The notes beneath the pieces were generated by a model. The model made no database searches. It was given only the letters and a program-made list of their open reading frames with translations, and was not told the DNA's origin. A stretch of DNA of 64,000 nt, from assembly GCA_040954595.2 (NCBI GenBank), contig CM082592.2, forward strand, positions 7,675,677-7,739,676, given 5' to 3'. The position numbers were made by a program, and so were the translations under genes. Origin of the DNA: Balanoglossus misakiensis (taxonomy: Eukaryota > Animalia > Hemichordata). Shown piece after piece: positions 46,457-58,299 of this stretch. Position 1 is the first letter of the stretch; every line of letters begins with the position of its first letter.

Positions 46457-47968
46457 CGCTGTCGGTTTTCAATATTGATAATTCTCCGAAATCGGTGTGT
46501 GGATTGTGATCTACGGCGACGACGGTTTTTACGTCGGCTGACGTTCACTGAGTCTCACGTACTGGCTGTAAGCTGCTCAGTCCCGCTGGGTATAGGCCTA
46601 AGCGTGTTTACCTGGTGTTGCGCTGACGTAGTGCAGGCAGGACTTCCACAATGAATGAGCGCCTATATGTAGACGGCACGCCTGTGATAAAAAGCGCCCC
46701 TGCTGAAATGCCAGTCTTTCATAGAGAGGTGCGTGTGACGTTATTGAATGATCGATGCGGATGCCCGTCTATTTAGAGGTATAATGTTTCAACGCACCTT
46801 CGGGTCAGGCCCGCACGAAAGCAATCGACACAATCACTTTTGCTTTGCTTATCACGCGGAAAACAAAACGCTTATAAATAGCACATCATTACTCTCAATT
46901 GGGACGGTATTTCTCGGGGTGGTGTAGAATTTCAGCAATAACGTGTAATTTGGGGTAAATAATCATGATGACAACATACATACCCGGATTGCTTAACCTA
47001 GTGACTTATGTATTGTCATAGACAAAGTGGTATTGTGGGGACTTTCATAACCTTTGGCATCGTTTGAACGGGATTCGCTTTCTGTGGTTTTAGTGGCAGG
47101 TGCTGGTAATATAAGTTATGGTACGTCTTAGGCCTAAACCCTAACAAACATTCCTGACCTCAAAACCGGCTAAAGTGGTTTTGTTTTTGTTCAAGTCCCC
47201 CATAAGATGCTATGATATTGTCTTATCAGTGAGGAAACAGGCACCGATGCCGTTTCCTTCAAGCCACAAGAGCGCTGACCCTTTTCGAAACAATCACGTG
47301 ATTCAGACTTTATTTTCATAACATTTACACGACCCGCAAGTTTAGTCGTTGTCGTCTAAATGATATATGACAATTCTAGTTGACAGCGTTTGTCTTTTTT
47401 CGACTGGTATAGGAGAATTATATGCATATGCTATTTGGGAAACCGTGAAAAAAGATATGTCAACGTCTAAGAAGTTGAAGCACCTGGCGTTCTGTAAAAT
47501 TTGCCGGACAACTGTACAAGCCGAAAATTTAAAAAGAACGGGAAAATGCAAGATTGTTAAATACATGTATTTAGCTTTATTTGACCATTCAATGATGTAG
47601 TAATACATATACTGAACTTGAACAAAAAGTTGAAAAAAAACTTAAACTCAGAGTTTATCGAGTAAAATCTATGCAGACTTTTTTAATGACGGGTATGAAT
47701 AAAACATAGGCAGCATGTGATCAAATGATCTACAACCAAGAGCAAGAAAAGTGCGGCATTATCTATTTAAACATAATGAAAATCCAAGAAAACCAATATC
47801 TTTATATTAGTGTCTGTGATGATACCGGAGCTTATTCAAATATTCATCATTGAAGGTATAGGGTCACGGTTCGGTGGTACTTGCTTTCGGTGGTTTAATA
47901 ACAATCACGGTTAAAACAAAGTGGAACGGGCTCTGCAGCTGCCTATGGTTTTAAAACCAGTAACCGTT

Positions 47969-50900
47969 CTACAGTAGACCGGGACCGTATGATGACGTCA
48001 CTGTCAATGGCACTTGTCTGACGTGGTCAAGAAGTAATATCTGATTGGCTGCCTCGCGTCCAGTGGAAACGGCTCTTTCCATCAGAGCAGACGGGTAGTC
48101 TGTGTGCAGCCAATCACCGGCCAGTGCCAAATTCTTAATGCCGCATTCGGCGGCGAAGGTCGATTTTGGCCGATTCTTGTGCAGTCCGGCGCGGAAGGAA
48201 GGGAAGTTCTGGAATGAATTGACGTGGTGCGCCAATACCTTGAACTGCCTGTCGAATATCTCGGGGTATATCGCCCTCACCGACGGGGAAATGATGTCCC
48301 ACACTTTGTCGTCGGACACGTTACCGTATCCCCACGTGTAAAGGTGGAATTCTATCACGGATCCCCCCGTTTCATTTGCCCACTTTGAGAATTCCTCTTC
48401 GAGAAGGTGGTACTGGGCGACTAGATTGACCGGGTTGAAGTCTGGTGTTTCCAAAATGGCGGGCGCGCTCTTGTTGAGCTGTTTGTCAAACCACACGCGC
48501 AGAACCTTGTAGGGAGGCGCAACGGGAAGGTGGGACGCTTTCCCCAGAAATTTAGCGAGACTGGTGTGGATTTTCTCGTCGGATGCGTACTTAGCAATGG
48601 TCGATCCCATGATGCTGTGCACTCCGTTGAGATTAGTTGCCATCACAACGTGATCAAAGTGCTCGTTTGGATGGCCGTCCTCACCAATGGCGAGGCCAGT
48701 GGTGGTGTTGAATATCAGAGACCGGATCGCAGTTTTCGTTTCCATCCTGTCGAAGAAGAGACAGACATAAACATTAGGCAGGCACTTCAAGGCAGTCCAC
48801 CTTACACGCATGTGGCCGACGAGATCTCGTTCCCGCGAGAACGAGGTTTCAAACCAGGGGAAGAACAAGATCAGAAAGTTTACAACTACAATAGTAGGTT
48901 TTGTTGGTACAAAATGAACTTACTTGGCACCGTATGATTTGAGCTTGTTCACCCACGGCCCAATCACGGCAGCATGGTAATTTTTTGTGGCAACTTCGCG
49001 ATTGTCCGCCTACGGGAAGATAAAGAAGATAAAGTCAACCGATATAGTCAAATGGTCAAACAGAGTGAGTATAGCACAGTGTCTAGAACTGGTATCTTTC
49101 AACTTCATGATCGATATCACGGTCACTCCACGAGAAATTATGGTGCCGATGCCGATGCTAAATTATATTGAAAATAAAATACCTTATCGTCGCTAATGAA
49201 ATAGAACTGCATGTACATCAACATTTCTGCCGCGCTCAGCGTATCTCGTTCGTTGAGTGTCACGGACAATGATGGTTTCATGACGATATCAAAGAACGCT
49301 TTATCCACCATGCGCAGTTTTGACCATTCAACTGAAATGAAAATTGAACATCTCAGGGAGGATATCACTTTCTATCTTTTAAACATTATATCCCAGGTAC
49401 ATTTGTAGGCCTATATGCATATTTTATATGTTCGTTTTTGTGCTCAGATGCCAAAAACATACACAAACTTACCGAATGTCATGTTATCATATTTTTCGTA
49501 GACGGTGTCGTAATCAAACCATACTAGATCCGGCAAGGCCAAAGTCGTCTTGAGGGCGTCGGTGAGATGCAGATTAGGGCTGCGCAGAATGATACCTGAA
49601 ATGTCGACGTTTGAGAGGCAGGAGTCAGGGAGTTTACTTGGACGAGGAAGTGAAATATTCAGTACTGTCGAATATATAGGGGCAACGTGTCAACATTCCG
49701 TCCACTTACCAATGAGGTTCAACGGATAGGGTCCCTCGCTGTAAATCCTCTCGGGTTTGTAATTCTTGAAGACGAAGTCCACGGCCTCCCATCGTTTGAA
49801 GTTGCCGTCGATGTTCAGCCGTTGGCGGATGTCCTTGAAGTTGTGATAGTTGTGAAACCATGCTGAGAGATATGAAAGTTTGTTAAAGATCGGATGACAC
49901 TTCATAGCCATGGGATGATGGCTATAGTATAGTACCATGGTACATCTCGCCGGATTACAGCTGTATAGAAAGGAATCTCGGGGTCCACAGATGGGGAAAG
50001 ATAATTTGATAACAATTGCTATTATTGTCATTATTACGCAGAATTTGTTGTGGAATATTATCAGAGAATTATGCCACTAAACAACTTTAACTCGTTGATA
50101 AGGACGGAGAATCTCGCTCGCGAAAAAAAAAACCAGGTCGAACATCATGCATTGAGAATGTTATGAAACGAGGCGAATTACATTGATTAAACACTCATAC
50201 CATGAAAACCGTGTTCAACATTGAACGTCTGGTTCAACCTCCGAACTGGCTCAGTGAAGAGACGCCCGCCGATGGCATCCGAGGATTCCCGAATAGTGAC
50301 CTCGTATCCGCGCTCGGCAAGTTCTAGAGCTGCCGATAACCCAGCCAGTCCAGCACCTGAAAAATTAATATATTTTAAACACTAGTTGACACCGGGTATA
50401 CTAGCTCGCTCGCTCGCTCACTCATTCATTTACAGAGATAGACAGAAATTGAGACAGACCGTAGATAGACACGGAGTTAGTGTGCACAAGCGATATCTTA
50501 CCTGCCACTAAAACACGTCTTTTGACACCGGAAGGAAGTTTTGCTGGATCATCGGGGTTGACCGGCTCAATAGTCCTTGGTGCTTTGGGGAAAGCTGTTA
50601 CTATGGAAACGAATGCCACACCTTGCGATAAAAGAGAGGTGACAAAAAAGGATTGGTATTCTTCAATGAAATCCTTTCTGGATGTAGCAAGACACCGTTA
50701 AATTTTGATTTGACTCAACCATGCAAGAAATAGAAACACTTGGGAAAAAAACGTGTCGTAGAAAAAAGTGTTTTAATACCACTTTCCTCCAGCCCCCCCC
50801 CCCAATATCAGATGGGTATGCAGTATATATTAAACTTTGCAAGCTTGCAAGGAGTAAACATGTCATTAACGACATTGTGCGTATTCAGGCTTGGAATACC

Positions 50901-52499
50901 AACGCACTTAAGTACCTTAGTGTGTGACATAATTCTTGTTTTTATTCATGTATCGATTAACTTGAGGAAGGCCTACAAATCCTATATTCTCAAGACTTTT
51001 TACGTCAAATACACGACACGTGAAGTAAATACCAACATAGCTAAAAGTAGTTTGTTTCTTTTATTAATAGTGATATAAATAAAGCACAAAGTTTAAAATG
51101 AAAGTCTGGACAGCGCGAAATGAAAGCCTGAACAGCACGCGAACAATGCATATTGGCTAGTCTTGCTCCAAACCTGTGATCTACTAAAACGCGGCCGTAT
51201 GCAAAGCGAATTTGTCTCTTTCCAACAGATGCCAGTAGCATTACATTGAGAATTGCTAGAAAACCCACTTTCTACTTATTATGCCAGTTTCATGATGTTT
51301 CCCATATAGCTCAGTAATTTGTTTTATTATACTTAGAAAGGAGAATCCAAACCCACAATTAAAACAATGATAATACTTTCAATTTTACCTTGCCCTTCCG
51401 GCCTTCAATCATCATGAATATTCACATCATGCAAAATCATTAATGACCAGATGACAAACTGGTTACACAATATTACGCAATAAAGGGCAATTGATGACAA
51501 ACTCAAAGACCCTAAATCAATTCCCGAAACCATGGAGGTACTAGTACCTCCATGCCGAAACGGACAAAGGCGGATTTGGTCACGAAGAATATCTGGGGTA
51601 TGGTCTTAAACATGGAGTTGGGCTAAATAATACATTGTCTGCTCACAACGTGCACGGTCACGGGCATCTCCATTTAAATACGACAGGCCCCGACAACGCC
51701 CGCGTTTGAAGTTTTTTTTTGTGTGAGTGTAGATAACCACCTTTCATACACCGATTTACACTTATTTGATGAGTAAACTGACGCAGGTATACTGAGCAAT
51801 CAAAAACAACCTTTAGTGGGACTGTTGCATACAGTCCGAGGCATTGCGTCCGCTCCCTGCCGTAAATCATTTGTTCTCCAGTATTTTCAACCGGCAACTG
51901 GACTTGCATGCGTATAATAAACCGTTCCAAAGTTTGCGCTGAAACATGCGAAACAAAAACTGGCAACGAAAGACGCAATCGCAGAAAAATGAAATGTTAC
52001 ATGTTAGGCCAAAAACAACCATTTCGGGTCAGGAATTTTTATTTTTCCTAAACGGGTCCGGTATTGACAAAGAAAACGAAAATAAGCTCGTGGAAAACGG
52101 GCGCTTTTTTCTATCAAATGCTCGGATATTTTTGCAAAAATATAGTACCCATGATAATTATAGACACACTGCTACACATGATTCCGACGTAAACCGATTT
52201 CTGCGTTTAGCGTGTGGCGGTCGCCCATCGATACGACCACACGCTGTTCCGATCGGGTGATATACTTGTTTGTGGCGGTACAAAGCATTCTTTGGTGATT
52301 GGATTTGTCGCGTGTCGCAACGTATCTCTTTTCATTTCTCGACAGAAAACTGTGTATCATTTATTCTTTAATAACCAGCACTTCAGTGATGCAGCAGTTA
52401 TCCGAAAAAACACACACCAATTTTTGAGGCCATGTCAGCGAAAGGAGAGAGAGATCACTTACCTAGCACGACAGCACACACGAAGAACTTTCCACCCAT
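47969..52499 (-). CDS. FAD-dependent oxidoreductase of the carotene desaturase/amine oxidase superfamily, CrtU (isorenieratene/phi-ring synthase)-like, with signal peptide; 533 aa
   Basis: Eight GT-AG exons 52499-52463, 50621-50502, 50356-50201, 49862-49710, 49595-49473, 49331-49183, 49009-48924 and 48746-47969 total 1602 nt in frame. Dinucleotide-binding motif VLVAGAGLAGLSAALELAERGYEVTIRE..IGGRL, VEHGFHAWFHNYHN, LSAAEML, and C-terminal LAGDWLHTDYPSALMERAVSTGREAAN. Confidence 0.85.
51531..51554. mobile_element. 24-bp P-element-like palindrome with 7-bp TSD (intron 1 of the CrtU-like gene)
   Basis: CCGAAAC|CATGGAGGTACT-AGTACCTCCATG|CCGAAAC; same 12-bp termini as the element at 42941. Confidence 0.7.
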
Positions 52500-53552
52500 C
52501 AGATGTCGATCACGCGACCAATGGAATGATGAAGAACTCGACATGAGTATAGTTTTTTTGGGGGTATCACCAGCCTCGTGTTGATCGCATACAGTTATTA
52601 ATTTAAGGGTATGGTTGATTGATCTTGACTTTGACAACTGACTTGTGATGAGACGGCACGTACTATACTAGTATATATACTGGCTATATATGTATATACT
52701 GGCATCTGTGCGGCGCGCGCATCCACAGTCACGTGGCGGGAGTGCGCGCACCCGATACCCTGACAACATCTTCAGACATCGCTTTCCCAAGGTCTTTATG
52801 TCAGGAGAAATCGTGTGCACAGTCTGTGGTAGGTCGCGAAACATTCCTATGGTAGGTAGTGCCAGACTTGAATAACCCCAGGCCCATGGACACAAGGCCG
52901 CAACATGTCACAAGATAAACAAAATTACATTATATTAGCCTAGCCTATTAAGAAAGAAAAGCTAAATTCTCAGATGTAGAAAAAGTAGAAAATAGAGGAA
53001 AGAACATTCTCAATAAACTGTCACGCTCCCTGATTTAATGCTGTTTAGGGAAAAGTAAATTATTAGCCTGAAAATTAACTTCAACTATGCGGGCTCGTTC
53101 ACCTTTGACACAATCCAGGCTTTGCCCAACTTCACAGCTTGGCCTATCAGTATTTGTCTTATTCACAGCTTGGGCTAAGAACAAAAGGCTTGGCTACACG
53201 ACAAATACACCATTACACACAGGATAATGGACTTATTTTACTAGCCAGTGCGTTTATTAAAAGAAAATTGAAAAGAAGCTCTCACGTGACACAGTCGAAT
53301 TGCTTGCAGACAGTACACAGCATTATCTATGGTATGATTTACATGAATCCAAGATAGTGCCAATAATTTCATTTGCAGAATAATTTAGGTTTGGTTCTAC
53401 ATCATATAGTTTCTTTTCTAGTAACCGTGTTTCAACCGAATTCATTCTTAGGAGTGGAATTTTCTGAAAAAGAGTGTTATTTGCTCTGTTATTAAAATTA
53501 AGTGGGTCATAAACTACAAAGACCGATTTGATAGACACGAGGAAAGACAAGT

Positions 53553-56500
53553 TTATCCCAAAAACTTCATCACATCCTCATCATCATCGTCTAATTTTTT
53601 CCTCCGACCACTGCCAGTTCGTAAGAAGCTCATGGCGGAATCGTCGTCGTCATCATCATCATCATCCCACCTCCTACGGCTGTATGGACTCCTCCTGTAA
53701 CGGGATGGCTGCTCATCCTCTTCTTCTTTCTTTTTCTTTTCTTCCTCTTCTTTTTTCTTCTTTTCTTCTTCTTCCTTCTTTTTCCTTTCTTCTTCCTCCT
53801 TATTCTTCCTCTCTTCTTCTTCTTTCTGTTTTCTCTCTTCCTCCTCTTCCTTCAACTTCCTTTCTTCTTCCTCCTTTTGTTTCTCTTCTTCTTTTTGTCT
53901 CTTTTCTTCCTCCTCCTTTGCCTTCTGTTCCTCTTCCTCCTGTTTCTTCTTTGCCTCTTCCAATCTCACATCTTCGTCATCAATCTTCTCCTCCTTGACA
54001 TCACCTCCACCAAGAAGAGCCATCACATCATCTTCCTCATCTTTTTTCTCCTCCTTTTCCTCATTGACATCACCTCCTCCAAGAAGAGCCATCATATCAT
54101 CTTCCTCCTCTTTCGTCTCCTCCTTCACCTCCTCTTTTTCCTCTTTGGCATCTCCTCCTCCAAGAAGAGCCATCACATCATCTTCCTCATCTTTTTTCTC
54201 CTCCTTCACCTCATCTTTTTCCTCATTGACATCACCTCCTCCAAGAAGAGCCATCACATCATCCTCCTCATCTTCTTTCTCCTCCTTCACCTCCTCTTTT
54301 TCCTCTTTGAGATCACCTCCTCCAAGAAGAGCCATCATATCATCTTCCTCATCTTTTTTCTCCTCCTTGACCTCTTCCTCATCTTCTTTCTCCTCCTTAG
54401 TATCACCTCCTCCAAGAAGAGCCATCATATCATCTTCCTCATCTTTTTTCTCCTCCTTCACCTCCTCTTTTTCCTCTTTGGCATCTCCTCCTCCAAGAAG
54501 AGCCATCACATCATCTTCCTCATCTTTTTTCTCCTCCTTGACCTCTTCCTCATCTTCTTTCTCCTCCTTAGAATCACCTCCCCCGAGAAGTGCCATCACA
54601 TCATCCTCTTCAGTTTTCTCTGCCTTCTCTTCGACAACCCTTTTTTCATCTTCTTCATCCTCCTTTTCTTCTCCTTTATCAGTTTCATCCTCTCCCTCCG
54701 GTTCTTTCTTCTCTTCCGCATCCGCTTTTTCCTCTTGGCCCTTCTCACTCTCCTCTTCACCAGTTTTCTTTGTCTCTGTTGGGACAACAATTATTCAGAA
54801 TGATATTGACACTATTCTGTACAAGTGCTAGACAGAAATACTTAGGGATACAAATTCTTACATTAGCAGAGTGACTTTCGCCAGGTTTACCAATCTAATC
54901 GTTTTTTTTACAACACTGGGAATCAATGAGTACACCCTATTCAAATTATATCACCTTGAGAAACGTTATCACATGGTTATATACGTATATAAAATTTGTA
55001 CCTGGTATTTCTTCTTCTTCAACACTATCTCCCCTGTGGAAATTTTTCTTTGTTTTTGGTGTAGGGTCTTGGATTTTCAGGAACTTCCAAAGTTTTTCAT
55101 TCTCCTTGGCCTTCTCGAAGTCTTCGAAATCCTAGAATTAAAAAAAAACAGCCAGTTTTTATTTGTGTACGTGCGAAACATAGTGTCTATGCACCGTCAG
55201 ATATATACTGTCAAATACTACCTAGGCTAATAAAATCCATGCTAGTCTCTGTGTGGAGTAAAAGGGGACAACGAATAGACGCAAAATAGATTTAAAGACA
55301 GTTACGAAACTCACTCCAAGATAATCATCATCGAAGAAAAACTGTGGAGTCGGCGGTGCCTTTCCAGTCACAACTTCCTTGGGATATTTCTCCTTCAATA
55401 TATTCTTGAGGTCTTCATTTCCCGCTATGTCCACTGGCTCAAAGTCAACCTTGTTTCCTTCCAGAAGAAAATTCACTTGTTGCTGGCGTTTCCTGATCTG
55501 AGACACAGATAGTAGTACCTCGGTTATTATAAAGCTGATATCGTTAAAGCTTTTCTTACAACATCACTCTGGATACAGTGATACATTCAAACGGTACGGA
55601 AATATGCAAGACGAGAGATTGTCAATAATACTTTTACAGACAAGACCACGAATGCAATTCATGAGTAACCCAGTGAGTTATCAAAGTATAAATGTGCTTG
55701 TATCATTGTCATGGGCACGAGTTTCGCATATTCTCGTTCGCTATATAAGCGTTCGTTTAAACCCTGTATACATGGTATATGTAGCGAGAGGAATCATCCA
55801 GCTCCCTCGCGCCTGTGATCACCGCGGGCCGTTGTCATCACGTGGCCACGCAATACCCGAATTTTAGACATCCGGGCAACTTGGTAGCGTAGTAATAGAT
55901 GACGTGTGACACAATCTCTGATGGGATTTTCGCTTTTGCGCATGTGCAAAGTAGGAAACTCGCCAGGAATGTGGAGAGAAGCTTGTCTGTGTTTACCAGG
56001 ACGACTAGTGTAAAATAACACCACGTCTATAACTATTAAAACAAGGGTCAAGATATTGACTACAAGGGGCCGTAAGTAAGGATATCCAATATTTACGTAA
56101 AACTTCGCGGTGGTCGAGTTTGTGGACACATTGGTCGATCTTGCGATACTGGCCTGGGCGATGATTTAATAAGTTCTGAAAATAGTTTGATATGACGAAC
56201 ATAATATATAGAGAGCAATTTCACAACATGACAGAACGTCATTAAAAGTGACAGGGCCTATCTAGTTTGATGTTTGATTACTTCCAAATATGTCCTAGCA
56301 GATACGGACATGAATTGTTTTTAATCTGAAAAAAAAATTACCAAGAAAATAATTTGCATCGTTGCAGCCACACCTAAAATACTACGGTTGAAAAACACTG
56401 AATTTGGAAAGATTTACAAGTTAGAAGCAGATAGCTATGCGTCCATCATATCTTCAAGACGGTGTCAAGGATAACTTGAAAATGCCAATTTAAAGCAATC

Positions 56501-56850
56501 TCAATACGCCTATATGAAAATATGGAGGAATTGCGTTGCTAAAATATAAACAGGGCCTCACGATATCAAACAATGTTTCTACTTTTTATATCGTCAGTGC
56601 ATCGAAATGACGTGACTAAATGAAGAATATCTAAATTGGTGAATATAAACTGAAAGTGTCTGGAACACTATAGCGTATGTATTTCTCGGTGTTTTACTCT
56701 GTGCGCTGCTGAAAGAAGGGTATATGAATATGTCGAATTACATATCGTACATCAATTTTGGTTCTGTTTGGGGGTGTTTTTGGCCAAAACAGCCAGCATT
56801 CTTACCTCGTTGGAGCTCGAAACACTGGTGAAAAACACTTTTATACCCAT
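53553..56850 (-). CDS. SH3BGR-family (thioredoxin-fold) protein with a long acidic repeat tail, 526 aa
   Basis: Exons 56850-56806, 55497-55315, 55131-55002 and 54775-53553 total 1581 nt in frame. N-terminus MGIKVFFTSVSSSNEIRKRQQQVNFLLEGNKVDFEPVDIAGNE...PPTPQFFFDDDYLGDFEDFEKAKENEKLWKFL matches SH3BGR/SH3BGRL (IKKKQQDV..FLEANKI.FEE.DIA.NEE...PPQIF....Y.GDY..F). Confidence 0.88.
54000..54605 (-). repeat. Coding tandem repeat, 8 units of 69-90 nt encoding EEDD(V/M)MALLGGGD plus E/K spacer
   Basis: Near-identical core tcacctcctccaagaagagccatca(c/t)atcatc occurs 8 times in one reading frame. Confidence 0.95.
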
Positions 56851-58299
56851 GCTTGAGCTGATGGACGAAATAATCAGGAAAATCGACCGACCGCACAAAC
56901 GGGTAAACTTGTCCGACTTTTCTTCTGCTGAAACCTCACTTCGCGGGACCCCAAGTACTTACTTGGGGGTGAAAGGTCGTGTCCTTATCTACTGTATGCT
57001 GTATGAACTCGAGTTGTGCATGCTTCCAGATACTTCCAACGTTGTATTCGCGCACAAGATCTCGTAACCATGGAAACTATGGGATGTGGTTTTCATTTCA
57101 ACTCATTTATTTCGTCATCACCTGATAAGCAAGTGGTGTTGTTACAAACATTCATTACATGCTATTATTTTCTAAGAAAACACAGTGTCTAGACCTATTC
57201 ACATTATACACGTAATTGTAACTGTCGAACGAGTGGGGTTGAATGATAATGTCTGCATCTCGGTTCCAAGGTATCTTCCTCAAGGTAAAATAACTTCAAG
57301 AAGATCGATAAAGGAGAGCGCCCGCTGGCGGCGAATGTCTCATTTTCCCTGATCGATTTTTGAAGGGAAAAAATCGGATATCTAGCTAATACTTTGGCTT
57401 AGATTTATGCGTATGACCCATAGTCGCGACGTGACTCTTTGTAAACTTTTTTCGGTGTCAGAAAAAAAATCTGTTCGTTTGGAGTACATTCTCTGAACCT
57501 GAATTTGCCATTTGTGCAACTTTCACATATTCATATACGGCTTTTTTCGGTTCTGTTTGTATTGAGGACTGATAACTTGGACATATAACTTTTCTCTTAG
57601 AAAAACCACAGGTTGCACTATAAGCGCAAGTACGGTGCAACCTGTGAGAAAAACTAGAAGAATAAAAAACTTTCTTTTTTAGAAGTAAAGCTGACCCTAT
57701 GATGTCATTGCATTTTGTAGCCCTGCGTACAGGTCTAGTGTGTGTGTTCGCGCAGGTCTATGCATTTTGCAAATTTGCACTCCAAATCGCTAACGTGAAA
57801 TGCAGAAGTTTAATTAAGGCTACCAACAAGCGACGAAAGAGCTTGCAGTGCGAATTTTATGCTTTCTCAGCTGATTCACACCACTGTACAGTAGTAATCG
57901 CGTGATACCATTTAACCAATCACTGTTGCTGTCAGCATTAGGAATGAATGAGTTCTCAAAACACCAATCGATATCATATTAGTGCGCATTGGCGTAAGCC
58001 TTGTTATTTGGCCGAATTTTTGAACAGTTTTCCCCCCCGAAATATATAAGTGCATATATATAAATCATCAAAGAAACAAGATGTACATATTTTAATCCAC
58101 AAAACTTAATAATATAGCACTTTAACTTTGAACTACTTTTTTGACCCGAGGACTTATCAAAGGTCAGATTGTAGTAATCATACGGCCATTTTTTCCGTCT
58201 GCCACTTCCATAGAATTTGCATTCGCTACCTGGCCAGCAGACAGCTTATTTGGTGTGCTGACACGACCCTCAACCGGAAACAGGCTACCACATTTCACC

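Noticed and set aside
50663-51268. Alternative hydrophobic starts for the CrtU-like gene (MSLMTCLLLASLQ; GTG-initiated MGFLAILNVMLLASVG)
   Set aside because: Neither has a good in-phase donor; the exon at 52499-52463 has an ATG, a consensus GTAAGT donor and the correct phase.
47969-52499. Bacterial contamination as the source of the CrtU-like sequence
   Set aside because: It has seven spliceosomal introns, a eukaryote-type signal peptide exon, a host repeat in intron 1, and is contiguous with animal genes.
54000-54605. Constant ~33-bp repeats with variable spacers, superficially like a CRISPR array
   Set aside because: The spacers are similar to one another, all unit lengths are multiples of 3, the array lies in a spliced eukaryotic exon, and there are no cas genes.
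53528-54874. Long plus-strand ORFs (308, 278 and 156 aa; Phe/Leu/Ser-rich)
   Set aside because: Antisense shadows of the Glu/Lys-rich SH3BGR exon.
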